Origin: an uncultured virus (IMG/VR IMGVR_UViG_3300024289_000017) | Taxonomy: Duplodnaviria > Heunggongvirae > Uroviricota > Caudoviricetes | Length of the DNA stretch: 64,000 nt | Virus record (IMG/VR): IMGVR_UViG_3300024289_000017 | Reading direction: 5' to 3' (one strand) | In this document: piece after piece, positions 10,006-20,046 of the stretch | Layout of the letters: every line of letters begins with the position of its first letter | Position numbering within the stretch: the first letter of the stretch is position 1 | Translations under genes and position numbers: made by a program | Notes under the pieces: generated by a model | What the model saw: the letters and a program-made list of their open reading frames with translations, nothing else | Databases searched by the model: none | Told to the model about the DNA's origin: nothing

Positions 10006-12189
10006 TTAAACTCTACCAGCAACTTCTTCAAAACTTACGCCTGTGCGCGTCGCTACAAATGTTAGAGTAACATAGTTAATTGATTTTGATGGTTTGAGGA
10101 AGATGTCTGCCCTAAACTCATTGTTGTCAATGACATCTGGAGTGTTGTTTGTTTCGTCGCAAATCACTAAGAAGTCGTAAATACCTCTCTTTGCTTGTAC
10201 ATCGCGAAGATATGGTTCAACAATATTTACAAAGTTTGCCCTTGTAACTTGATCGTTGATTTCAAATAGTTGTGCTTGAGAAGCTTTTTCTAGAGATTGT
10301 TCAATGGTTAGGAACAATCTTCTAACATTAATTCTATCAAATGCTGAGGCATATGCTAGAGCAGTTTTATCGCCAAAGAGGTAAATGCCGATACCAGGTT
10401 GACTGATAATTGAGTTAACTCTGGAAGTGTAAAGCAGATCTCTTTGTGGTTTATTTGGATTATATGCAAGTTTAATTGCATTATTTAATACACCTCTTTG
10501 CTGACCAGCTGGTGAATACCATGGGAAGGAATTGATATTCGTTCTCATCATTAGACCAGCAATGTCTGCATTGCATGGTACATATCGGAAAAGGTTATTA
10601 AACCTATCATAAGTGTACTTATATCCACTATCAAATACTGCATAAGATGAAGAGGAAAGTGCGCTGAAGAATCTAACTATGTTTGTTGTTTGTGTAGTAG
10701 TATTTGATAAATTAACTACGCCATCTCTGTGAGGAGAAATTACAGCAATACAATCTTTTCTACCTTCAGCAATTGATATTAACTTATTAGCTTTTGCTTG
10801 AGACTCGGATTCATTTGTAAGTCCAGGACCGTTGATCAGAAAATCAACCTGAACATCATCTTTGTTGGCAAAAAGATCATATGCAGTAGAAATATTTGAT
10901 AAAGTCGCTTGCATACCACCAGTAGAAGAATAATCAACACCACCAACAAGAGTGTAGGTTACATTTCCAATTGCACTATAAACTATGTTTTGTGCATCTT
11001 GTCCCCAAAGACCTTGTGATGTTGTATATGGGGTGTAACCCGAAGAGAATCCAGTTGCTTTTGGAGAGGTTCCATGATAAGAATCCGCACCATTAGATGG
11101 ATTATATCCAGCATAAATGTAGGATGAGAAATTTGATAAGAAATTTTTATACCAAATTTTCTGGGGGGAGTTTACGGAAGATACCGAATCTGCCGCTTTT
11201 GAAAGACTTAAATGCTTTTCAAGAACATTTCCCTGAACTCCAGTAATTGCGCCAGTATCATCAACGATTGCGATATGCATCGCATCATTCTTACCATTTC
11301 TCTGAATTGAATAATTATTTGAAATTGGCTTTGGAGCTATGGACTTCCAGTAAATTATAGAGTTTGTTAAACCAAGAGTTTGCTGATCATACCAATCTAA
11401 TGCAGTAGCAACTGTAGATGTACCAGCAGTGGAACCTGAATTATTGACAAAAGTGAGAGTGTCTGATGCTTGGAAAGAATCTATTTCACTTCCTTGAGCA
11501 TATGTTGTTGCAGTCTCCGTATTAGCGGCGGATACTCTGGATAGAATCTTTACATCTATACTACTGTTACCATTTGTTGCATCAGTAGTTACTCCAGTAA
11601 TAATACCTTTTAAGTAACCATTAAATACGGATGTTGAACCTGCTCCAGCAAGAACTGCATTGCTAATTGGGGTTGTTATACCATATCCAACAATTGCTCC
11701 AATTGAACCTGGATTAGTTGATGCAATGGTAATTCTCTGATCTGCTAGATCGTCAATTAAACAAACTTTTAATTTGTTTCCCCATGATCCTGGGTTTTTT
11801 GCGGAAAATGTGAAATTTGTTGCTGTTGCCCAGTTAGCATTATAATCTTCATAATTTTTAATCTTTGCCGAAGAAGTAGAAGCTGCGCCAACTCCAGCAT
11901 TTGCATTATTTAAAGTAGCACCATCTGTTCTCACAACTTTCAAGATACCACCGTATGAAAGATAAGATGAAGCACTCATCCAATATTCATATTGAGCATC
12001 AGTTGAAATTGGTTTGCCGAAAGTACTAATTAACTCCTGTTCGGTATTAATATCAATTGCTTGCTCAACTGGTCCGATTGCAAAGGGTCCAGCAATTGCA
12101 CCAATATTATCTAATACATTTTCAGCTCTCCCGACTGTTAAATCAACTTCCCTAGTAATTACACCGGGAGACAATTGAGGAGTCGCCAT
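10006..12189 (-). CDS. gp18: Tail sheath protein gp18
   Basis: SPGVITREVDLT, PWYSPAG, AFDRINVRRLF, SINYVTLTFVATRTG. Confidence 0.98.
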   Translation of the reverse strand: MATPQLSPGVITREVDLTVGRAENVLDNIGAIAGPFAIGPVEQAIDINTEQELISTFGKPISTDAQYEYWMSASSYLSYGGILKVVRTDGATLNNANAGVGAASTSSAKIKNYEDYNANWATATNFTFSAKNPGSWGNKLKVCLIDDLADQRITIASTNPGSIGAIVGYGITTPISNAVLAGAGSTSVFNGYLKGIITGVTTDATNGNSSIDVKILSRVSAANTETATTYAQGSEIDSFQASDTLTFVNNSGSTAGTSTVATALDWYDQQTLGLTNSIIYWKSIAPKPISNNYSIQRNGKNDAMHIAIVDDTGAITGVQGNVLEKHLSLSKAADSVSSVNSPQKIWYKNFLSNFSSYIYAGYNPSNGADSYHGTSPKATGFSSGYTPYTTSQGLWGQDAQNIVYSAIGNVTYTLVGGVDYSSTGGMQATLSNISTAYDLFANKDDVQVDFLINGPGLTNESESQAKANKLISIAEGRKDCIAVISPHRDGVVNLSNTTTQTTNIVRFFSALSSSSYAVFDSGYKYTYDRFNNLFRYVPCNADIAGLMMRTNINSFPWYSPAGQQRGVLNNAIKLAYNPNKPQRDLLYTSRVNSIISQPGIGIYLFGDKTALAYASAFDRINVRRLFLTIEQSLEKASQAQLFEINDQVTRANFVNIVEPYLRDVQAKRGIYDFLVICDETNNTPDVIDNNEFRADIFLKPSKSINYVTLTFVATRTGVSFEEVAGRV

Positions 12190-12241
12190 GTTTTTCTCCG
12201 TAATCTCAGTTTATCTAAAAAATATTTATTAAAAAATTGAT

Positions 12242-13888
12242 TTACATATACTCCCACATGTAAGATCTATCCCCATATTCATCTACGAACCATCGATCGC
12301 CATCCGAGTCAACAAAACTTTCATTATCTAGACCATCAGATATAAACCCAAAAGGCGACATATCCTGTTCAATTTGATTTTTTTGTTCTTCATATAGTCT
12401 TTTTCTTACATCTTGATCCGTAAGTTCTTTAAAATAGTCTTGAGCAACCAACCAGGCATAAATGACCAAACACATTGCAAGGTCATCATTGCATCCTTCT
12501 TCTGCTTCAAATGAATTATGTTTTTGAATAAAAGTGGTTAGCTCACTAATTATTTCATAGTCATTTAAATATAATTTATTTTCTTCAATCATAGTCTTTA
12601 AATTAAGACATCCAACTTTTTTTACAGTTTTAGACATCTTAACGCCTAGTTGAGTTTTCTTTCCAGAAAAACCTTGCCCTACAATTTGACCCGCTCTACC
12701 TCTCATAGAGCACATAAGCAAATTATTATATTCTAAATCGTATTGAAGAATACTTGCAACTTGATCTCCAACATCATTTACTTCACATAAAATATATGCA
12801 CTATTATATGCCACTGCTGTTTCCTGAATGATGCTTGGGAAGAGCATTGGTTTTATTTCATTGTTTCTATATTTTGCAACAACTTTATGTGGAAATTGTG
12901 TTATATCAACTACGGTGAAGGCAGAATAATCATTTCCAACACCTCTAGCAACATCAACAGTAATTAAATAATCATGATTTTCTTCTGGATCAACATAAAC
13001 ATCCAACCCAGCACTACGTGTTTTGGGATGATCATAAACTAAAGATCTCAGTTTGCTTGGTGCAATAAGAGTATCAACAGACCCTAAAAATTCACATTCA
13101 AACTCAACTTTGAATTGTTGTTCACTTGTATTTGCAATAGTCTGGGCTTTCCATGCTTCGTCTCTACCTGGAACTTCCGACCAATGAACATCAGTGAAAA
13201 CATATTCATTTTTACCTTTCTCTGCATCGTGCCACATTCGGTAGAAATGATTCATACCATGTGGAGTAGAAACTATAATAACTTTAGTTTGTTTACCAGA
13301 AGTAATTGTTGGATATACCGAGGCAAAGAATGAGTCTGCAATATGATTTGGAACGAACGCAAATTCGTCCAAGAATAGAATGTTAAATGACATTCCTCGA
13401 ACAGCAGAAGCTGATGTAGATGCTGCTAAAATCTTGGAACCATTCTCAAGTTCTAGAGAACCTTTATTCCAAGATATAATTCCTTGCTGCATCCACTTGG
13501 GTAAGTTTTCATAAGCGGTCTGTAACCTATCTAGGAGCTCCCTGGCAGTCGCTGCTTTGTTTGCAAGGATACCTATGTTAACATTGTCGTTAAACACCGC
13601 ATAGTGGAGCAGGAAAGACACTACGGTAGTTGACTTACCTGTTTGCCTAGGCATCTTACAGATATTAAATCTGTGGTTATGGAAATTATTAATTAATTTC
13701 TCTTGGAAGTGATATGGTTTAAAAGTTTGTAAACCATGATCCAAGGTCACAATTTTTACATAATTATTTGCAAAATAAACTGGGTCATCCTTACACTTAA
13801 CAAATTCAAGAATTTGTTCTTGGGTAAATTCAATTGGCGTATTTGCTTTTTTTAGAAGCGGATTACCAAGATAAACATCATTTGACAT
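12242..13888 (-). CDS. gp17: Terminase large subunit gp17
   Basis: Walker A MPRQTGKST, LFLDEFAF, STPHG, VDVARG nuclease motif, NDDLAM; no intein or intron apparent. Confidence 0.98.
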   Translation of the reverse strand: MSNDVYLGNPLLKKANTPIEFTQEQILEFVKCKDDPVYFANNYVKIVTLDHGLQTFKPYHFQEKLINNFHNHRFNICKMPRQTGKSTTVVSFLLHYAVFNDNVNIGILANKAATARELLDRLQTAYENLPKWMQQGIISWNKGSLELENGSKILAASTSASAVRGMSFNILFLDEFAFVPNHIADSFFASVYPTITSGKQTKVIIVSTPHGMNHFYRMWHDAEKGKNEYVFTDVHWSEVPGRDEAWKAQTIANTSEQQFKVEFECEFLGSVDTLIAPSKLRSLVYDHPKTRSAGLDVYVDPEENHDYLITVDVARGVGNDYSAFTVVDITQFPHKVVAKYRNNEIKPMLFPSIIQETAVAYNSAYILCEVNDVGDQVASILQYDLEYNNLLMCSMRGRAGQIVGQGFSGKKTQLGVKMSKTVKKVGCLNLKTMIEENKLYLNDYEIISELTTFIQKHNSFEAEEGCNDDLAMCLVIYAWLVAQDYFKELTDQDVRKRLYEEQKNQIEQDMSPFGFISDGLDNESFVDSDGDRWFVDEYGDRSYMWEYM

Positions 13889-13903
13889 AATAAACTCTAC
13901 TTA

Positions 13904-15892
13904 TTAGTTACAATTCCAACGACGAAGTGCTTTATTGATCCTTGAATCTGGATCCCTTGCGGTTTCTGCTGAGGTTAATCTTTTTTTCATTCCAGACATA
14001 CGACTGCAAAAATTTTTTCTCCTCTGCGCTCTTTTTCCTGTTGGATTTTTTTCAGTTACTGCAGTTTGAAGTTTTGAACCTGGATTCTCACGACGATAAG
14101 CATTTACTGCTTTTTGACTAAGACCATCAGTTTTATCTTTACGATTTACTGATTGCCAATCTTCATCAATTTCAACTTCTTCTCCCATAGTTTTTACATA
14201 ATTTTTACTTGGACCTGGTTTTGCTGCACTGCCTCCCTGAGGTCCAAATGCTTGAATTAATGGTTGTCCTGGTTGAATCTCGGAAACTGAATGGTAAACA
14301 ACCATTGATCCCGGATAAACTTTTTGAAGTTCGCTATTAATTTCTTTTCTTGAAGGAATTTTTACCTGGGGGAAAAACATCTTCATTGCATAATATTTAC
14401 CTCTCCAAGAAAGAGTGACTGCAATCACATTGCCAGTTTGCGCCTGAAGTCTTGTTGCTTCATCTATTTCTATTTGAGTCTTAAAACCTTTAATTGGTTC
14501 TGGTTGAATTAAATCAACAACTTCCGCAAAAGTATTCCCTTCAGCATCCTCTATGGTTACATCTTCCGCCTTTACGCAGTTTGGATAACGCTTTCCAAAC
14601 ATTGTTTTCATACCTTTCTTTTTATAACCAGGCCAACATTTTTCTACCACAAATTCATTTGTAATTTTATCAACTAAGGTTTGTTCTTTAATTTTTGGAA
14701 GTTCTGGAGTTGGACCCAATTTTTTAGAAGCAACTTCCTTTTCTCCTCCAACACCGCTTTTTGCTAAAGACCTTATTTTTTCTCTTTTTCTTGCAGTTTT
14801 ATGTGATGACGGATCAATGGTAAATCCAAAAGATTCTTCCATTTCTCCACTTGCAACATAATCTGCTGCAGTATCAATATAATCTGCTGCTTTGGTAATC
14901 TTTGATTGAACCCATGCTTCTAAAGATCCTTCACCTTTACCTACCTTCTTTTCAAGTCTTTTAGCAGCATCAATAATATTTTTAAGTTCAGATCTAGCCA
15001 TTGAATATTCTTGATCTTTTACAGAAACCTTATCCCATGCTTTTTCGCCATAAGAACATTCAGATCTTGTTTCTCTTTTATCACATAAAGGACAATATCT
15101 TTCTTCTTCATGTGCAGTTTCTTCTGATTTAGTCCCCCAATTTGCAGCACCAACTTTACGGCATTTTACTAATGCTCCAGATGCATATGCACTAGGCCAA
15201 ACATCATATCTAGATTTTACTTTATGATAACAAGCGTCCTTTTTTCCACTACCTTTTCCTTTTTTATCAGATTCTTCATTCATTTTTTTCTTCCTTCCTT
15301 GACAATGAGCTCTCTGAGAAAATCCTTTAGGGTTGTCACAATCTATAGATTTTTTATATTTATCGGACCAATCTTCTTTAACAGATTTTTCTGGTTTATC
15401 TGTAGAAACATATGTTGGTTTTGCAGCTCCTGTTTTTTGCTGCTGACCTGGATCTGCTGCTTTTTTTCTTCTTGCTGCAGAAAGTCTTTGTGCTTTAGTC
15501 ATACTTGCTCTTTTTGATGAAGAAACACATTTTGGTGTTCCCTCACCTGGTTCATCGCTTGCACAAGTTCCACCAGTTACAACATTTACCCATCCAGATT
15601 TTCCATCCTTTGATTTGGATTTGCCAAACCAATCGCGAAGACCTTCTTCAGTAACATCTTTAAATTTTTTGTGGTGCTTTTTAGCATCTGCTTCCATTTT
15701 TTTCAAACGAGTATAATAATCTGGAATTTCGTCGAGATGTTGTAAAGCAATATCACGGGCAAGATCGTGGTCTTTAGTATGCTCATGCTCAATTGGTTCT
15801 CCCATATCAAGTTGTCTTTGTATAAAAGAAACATCAAGACGATGTTTCTTTGCAATTTGCTCAACTGTTTTATGGGACTTAAATTTAGACAT
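13904..15892 (-). CDS. 662-aa modular basic, Cys-rich protein between terminase subunits (putative internal head polyprotein)
   Basis: String of short basic modules separated by hydrophobic-x-E motifs; TAAATA at 15912. Confidence 0.6.
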   Translation of the reverse strand: MSKFKSHKTVEQIAKKHRLDVSFIQRQLDMGEPIEHEHTKDHDLARDIALQHLDEIPDYYTRLKKMEADAKKHHKKFKDVTEEGLRDWFGKSKSKDGKSGWVNVVTGGTCASDEPGEGTPKCVSSSKRASMTKAQRLSAARRKKAADPGQQQKTGAAKPTYVSTDKPEKSVKEDWSDKYKKSIDCDNPKGFSQRAHCQGRKKKMNEESDKKGKGSGKKDACYHKVKSRYDVWPSAYASGALVKCRKVGAANWGTKSEETAHEEERYCPLCDKRETRSECSYGEKAWDKVSVKDQEYSMARSELKNIIDAAKRLEKKVGKGEGSLEAWVQSKITKAADYIDTAADYVASGEMEESFGFTIDPSSHKTARKREKIRSLAKSGVGGEKEVASKKLGPTPELPKIKEQTLVDKITNEFVVEKCWPGYKKKGMKTMFGKRYPNCVKAEDVTIEDAEGNTFAEVVDLIQPEPIKGFKTQIEIDEATRLQAQTGNVIAVTLSWRGKYYAMKMFFPQVKIPSRKEINSELQKVYPGSMVVYHSVSEIQPGQPLIQAFGPQGGSAAKPGPSKNYVKTMGEEVEIDEDWQSVNRKDKTDGLSQKAVNAYRRENPGSKLQTAVTEKNPTGKRAQRRKNFCSRMSGMKKRLTSAETARDPDSRINKALRRWNCN

Positions 15893-15914
15893 CGACCGAT
15901 AGTATTTTTTCTAT

Positions 15915-16349
15915 TTATTGGTCTAGAGACCCTTCAGAACTTTGTTGTTTTAATAACTTTGCTAATTCTGCAGTAGAACCGACAAAAAGTGCATTATTTA
16001 CTGTAGTTGGACCTTTTGGTTTGTCTTCTTCAATATCTTTTATCTTCTTTTGCAAGTCCATTAATTTGTCTGTTGCATCAGCAACATTTTTAATTAACTG
16101 TCCCGCAACTTCATATGCTCTAGGCATTTCACTTTCTTGAGCTAATTCTAAAATACCATTAATTGCTTCTTGACCTTTCTCAATCAATGAATACAAGTTA
16201 CCTCTAGTGTATTCATAATCTTTTTTTATGTCGTTATTTGCATTATTAATGGTTTCTATTTTTTCTTCAACTACTTCTGGATTTTTTACTATCTCAGTAG
16301 AAACATTAAAAGTTTCATTTAAGTCTTTAAATTTTTTTGTCATTTTCAT
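15915..16349 (-). CDS. gp16: Terminase small subunit gp16
   Basis: DYEYTRGNLY, PRAYEVAGQLIK, NNALFVGSTAEL. Confidence 0.95.
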   Translation of the reverse strand: MKMTKKFKDLNETFNVSTEIVKNPEVVEEKIETINNANNDIKKDYEYTRGNLYSLIEKGQEAINGILELAQESEMPRAYEVAGQLIKNVADATDKLMDLQKKIKDIEEDKPKGPTTVNNALFVGSTAELAKLLKQQSSEGSLDQ

Positions 16350-17347
16350 GATATTGTACCACTAAATCCAAAATCATCTCCCACTTGTATTAGAGCGTCA
16401 TCAGCATCTGTTATCTTTTTAACTGGAGAACCTAAAACATGAGCAGATGCAACAGTTTTATCAGCACCTCTTACAACGGTTAAAACATTACCAGTTTTTG
16501 ATTTCACTAACATTTCTTCCTCATCAATGTAGATGTAAGTATTACTACTAATATTTGATGAGTCATTAACCGAAATTGATGTATCTGTTGCGGATACATC
16601 AACAGATAAATTAGTAGTTATTTGGCCAGTATAATTTTTAGTTGCTCTAGGTTCAACACTGTAAACAATTTCTCTTGTTGGAGTTTTTGTAGTATCTCCA
16701 GAAATAAGTCCAATAGAAACTCTTCTGATAACATCCGAAGAAGCAGAAGAAATAGGACCAAAAAGATATGTTTTTGCAGTAAATCTCAAAGTATAAATTA
16801 ATGATCTTCTAGTAGAAAAGTCACCCTCATAATCATCGGACATTGAAATACTATTCAATACAACGGGAATATCTCTTTTTTCCCCAATTTGTTCTACTAA
16901 GTCAATTGTCATCGTATAAGCTGGTTGAAAATATGGTAAAATTTGCTCAATAATTTGAAGCATATCATCATTCAACTTAGTGAATATACTAACTTCAAAA
17001 TCTAAATTATATGGAACTGGTAAATATGACTTTTTTTGTTGGGTTTTATCGGTTACTGAAGTTGTTAAAAATGTTTGAGTAGTTGTCGCTTTTCTTGATG
17101 AATCGTATGACAATCCAACCAATTCAAATGACATTCTAGGTAAACTTATTTGAATTGGTTTATTGAGGTCTGGTGATTGCTCAATTCTTGCTAAAAATTT
17201 CTGTGTTGGTCCATATGCCAAAGGAACTTTAATAACACTAACCGTGTTATCATTGTTATTTGTGTGTTTGATAGAAATATTGTTAAAAAGAGACCCAAAG
17301 GAAACTACAGTTCTTCTTAATATTTCGTGATAAAAATACTCAAACAT
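16346..17347 (-). CDS. gp15: Tail sheath stabilizer / completion protein gp15
   Basis: YFYHEILR, VPLAYGP, LPRMSFE, QIIEQILPYFQP. Confidence 0.95.
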   Translation of the reverse strand: MFEYFYHEILRRTVVSFGSLFNNISIKHTNNNDNTVSVIKVPLAYGPTQKFLARIEQSPDLNKPIQISLPRMSFELVGLSYDSSRKATTTQTFLTTSVTDKTQQKKSYLPVPYNLDFEVSIFTKLNDDMLQIIEQILPYFQPAYTMTIDLVEQIGEKRDIPVVLNSISMSDDYEGDFSTRRSLIYTLRFTAKTYLFGPISSASSDVIRRVSIGLISGDTTKTPTREIVYSVEPRATKNYTGQITTNLSVDVSATDTSISVNDSSNISSNTYIYIDEEEMLVKSKTGNVLTVVRGADKTVASAHVLGSPVKKITDADDALIQVGDDFGFSGTIS

Positions 17348-17396
17348 TTTAAAAAAATCTATTTGGTAAATTCAATTTAGATATGAATTTAATTAT

Positions 17397-18773
17397 TTAT
17401 GGATTTCCGAATGGATTACTTTCAGTAAAGTCTATTATTAAATCAGATTCACCTTCTATCTCTTCATTTTGAGCATATGGATCTGTTTTATTATAAGAAT
17501 CTTCAATTCTTAATTGATAAGAAGCTCCACTTTTTGCGCCAACTATTCTTTCTCCTGTTTTGAAGGTTCCAGATATTTTATGTACTTTTAATTCTTTAGT
17601 GACTGCGTTCCAAGAATTTACTTTTGCTGTTGTATTAGTAATAGATCCAGTTACCAATTCATTAAAAATATAAGTTCCGATTCCGGAAGTTGGTGAAGAT
17701 TCGATAGTTATTGTTGGATTTGATGTATAACCTATTCCAGCATCTATGAGTCTTATCTGAGTTATTGATCCACTTGAGTTTATTACTGCATAACCTTTGG
17801 CAGTTGTTCCTATACCAGGACCACTAAAGGTGACTGATGGTGAAGTAGTGTATCCAGACCCACCACTTGTTACTGTAACTACTCCAACTATACCATTACC
17901 AATGACTGCTGTTGCTGCTGCTCCCGCACCGCCACCTCCGACAAACACAACACTTGGTGCCACTGTGTAACCAGCTCCAGAATTGCTAAGTTGAACTCCT
18001 TGAACTTTTAAGGAACTAGTTCCATTACAATCTATTAATCCACCAATCATTGTTGCAATACCAACTGCCGTAGTTCCTCCTGATGGCGCTGATGATATTG
18101 CAACTTTTGGTACGGATGTATAACCATTACCTCTATTTGTAATTCTTACAAATCTAATTCCACCATTTACTATAGTAGCAGCTGCTGTTGCAGTTGATGC
18201 AGATCCAACCAAAGTTAGTGTTTGAATGTATCCTTGATCTTGTATATTATCGTCTATTTGTTCTATAGTAGTATCAACAACTTCATCTTCATATCTAAAC
18301 AATTCACATCTTAATTCGTATACATAATTTTTTTGAAGTTGATAGAATGGTTGTTCATGTTCAACATATTTAATTTCGAATAATCTATCCCCTAACGGAA
18401 AATAAATCAAATCTCCTTCTTTTGGTCTGGTTGATAATTTTACATCTGTCATATTTTTTATGAGAGGAGATATGTAATTCTCAAATCTCTCTTTAGAAAT
18501 AATCAAATTTAAATCATCTAATTCTTGAATTCCAAATTTTGATAGTATAGTTCCTGCGCCACTATACCCTTCATAGCTATTAAGATATGCCTCTAAAGGA
18601 AAAGCATTTTGAAATTTTGATTCTATAACTTCCTTTATTATTGTTTTTTCTGTGATATATGCTCTTGGTAAATAATAAATTTCAACACCATACATCCTTA
18701 ATTGTTCATTTATTAGATCTTGGATAAGATCTTGCTCTGTTCTAGATCCTTGAAGAAAAAATGGATTGAGCAT
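17397..18773 (-). CDS. gp14: Neck protein gp14
   Basis: NPFFLQGS, RPKEGDLIYFPL, FEIKYVEHEQPFYQL, DFTESNPFG. Confidence 0.95.
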   Translation of the reverse strand: MLNPFFLQGSRTEQDLIQDLINEQLRMYGVEIYYLPRAYITEKTIIKEVIESKFQNAFPLEAYLNSYEGYSGAGTILSKFGIQELDDLNLIISKERFENYISPLIKNMTDVKLSTRPKEGDLIYFPLGDRLFEIKYVEHEQPFYQLQKNYVYELRCELFRYEDEVVDTTIEQIDDNIQDQGYIQTLTLVGSASTATAAATIVNGGIRFVRITNRGNGYTSVPKVAISSAPSGGTTAVGIATMIGGLIDCNGTSSLKVQGVQLSNSGAGYTVAPSVVFVGGGGAGAAATAVIGNGIVGVVTVTSGGSGYTTSPSVTFSGPGIGTTAKGYAVINSSGSITQIRLIDAGIGYTSNPTITIESSPTSGIGTYIFNELVTGSITNTTAKVNSWNAVTKELKVHKISGTFKTGERIVGAKSGASYQLRIEDSYNKTDPYAQNEEIEGESDLIIDFTESNPFGNP

Positions 18774-18776
18774 ATC

Positions 18777-19625
18777 TTATCCTATCATATCTAATGGTGG
18801 AAGTTCATAAGTGTTAGACATTTTTTCCATTAAAATGTCAATTTCTCTTTGAGCGTCATCGTACATTTGTCTGCCATTTAATTCAACTCCACCTGGAAGT
18901 TTGACTCCAGTAAATTTCATCATATTTTGTCCCCACTGTCTCTTGATTAATGATGTTAAATATGGTTTCACAAAAGAATCATTCCAAACTCTACTGTAAT
19001 CATTTGGATCTAAAACTGAATAGCAATCAATGACAATGTATTGATTATTAGTTACAGTTGACCAATCAATATCTAAATATAATCTATCTTGTCTTTTGTT
19101 AAATCTAATTTGTTTTTGTGTATTGAGAAGAAAATCTAAATCTTCAAGGTAAGTTTTTACCATTGCATAAGATAATAGTTCTGTGCTACCCCAATAGTAA
19201 ATATCATTTAAAAATAATTGATACTTTACGCTAAACATATTATGGGTAATAGTGTTAGCACTATCAAAAAGAAATATTTTATTTACACCTAATACTGATG
19301 GTGGAATTTGGAGATAATTACTATTTTCTTCATATGTAAAAGTCGTTGTTACCCCAACTATAGTTGTTGTAACACTTGTTGATGCTATTCCTACTGCAGG
19401 TCCGGTTCCACCTCTTGCTCGGCCCCTATTAATATCATTTTGATTTATCTTGTACTTATAAAATGTAGGATATACACCATCAAAATGTCTTTCTTGAAAA
19501 AACTGAATGGCGTCATCTACTAGATCATCAATTTGCTCATCCGCAACATTAATTTCTAAAACTGGTGCCCCCAGTTTTCTTTTACAATAATCTATTAGTT
19601 CTTGTCTAGTAGATGGTTGCGACAT
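18777..19625 (-). CDS. gp13: Neck protein gp13
   Basis: LGAPVLEINV, KRQWGQN, LPGGVELNG. Confidence 0.95.
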   Translation of the reverse strand: MSQPSTRQELIDYCKRKLGAPVLEINVADEQIDDLVDDAIQFFQERHFDGVYPTFYKYKINQNDINRGRARGGTGPAVGIASTSVTTTIVGVTTTFTYEENSNYLQIPPSVLGVNKIFLFDSANTITHNMFSVKYQLFLNDIYYWGSTELLSYAMVKTYLEDLDFLLNTQKQIRFNKRQDRLYLDIDWSTVTNNQYIVIDCYSVLDPNDYSRVWNDSFVKPYLTSLIKRQWGQNMMKFTGVKLPGGVELNGRQMYDDAQREIDILMEKMSNTYELPPLDMIG

Positions 19626-19646
19626 TTATCTTCTCTTTTAAAATAT

Positions 19647-19826
19647 TTATGATTTAGATATTAAAAGTTGAGATACAACCTCTTGTTGCTTTAAATATAA
19701 CTTATAATAACATTTAGCAATATTTTTTGCATCTTCAATATTAGATATACTATCTATTTCTGAAGCAACTTTAAAGTATTCAAAACTTTTGCTTAAATTT
19801 TCAAGTTCTATACTATCTGGATTCAT
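19647..19826 (-). CDS. 59-aa NblA-like small protein
   Basis: Not in track: MNPDSIELENLSKSFEYFKVASEIDSISNIEDAKNIAKCLYKLYLKQQEVVSQLLISKS. Size and helix-loop-helix pattern resemble NblA. Confidence 0.55.
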   Translation of the reverse strand: MNPDSIELENLSKSFEYFKVASEIDSISNIEDAKNIAKCYYKLYLKQQEVVSQLLISKS

Positions 19827-20040
19827 TTAACAAACTCCTTAGTAAACTTTTTATTTCATCAAGATCACTTTTCATATTAGCAACATTTTCTTCAAGGGAT
19901 TGTATTTTTAGATTCTCTTTTTCTTTTAATTTCTTTTGCAAAATATACGCATTGTAATCTGACATACTAGTATTAACTACCGCTTGAGTTTTATCGTCTC
20001 TTATTAAATTTGAATGGCCTGTAATTTTTGAATGACTCAT
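19813..20040 (-). CDS. Conserved hypothetical coiled-coil protein
   Basis: 75 aa, GHSNLIRD...LDEIKSLL; typical small gene upstream of gp13 in cyanomyophages. Confidence 0.75.
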   Translation of the reverse strand: MSHSKITGHSNLIRDDKTQAVVNTSMSDYNAYILQKKLKEKENLKIQSLEENVANMKSDLDEIKSLLRSLLNESR

Positions 20041-20046
20041 AGTTTA

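Noticed and set aside
12242..13888. Intein or intron in terminase, capsid or portal genes
   Set aside because: Lengths and motifs are continuous; no intein or homing-endonuclease signatures seen
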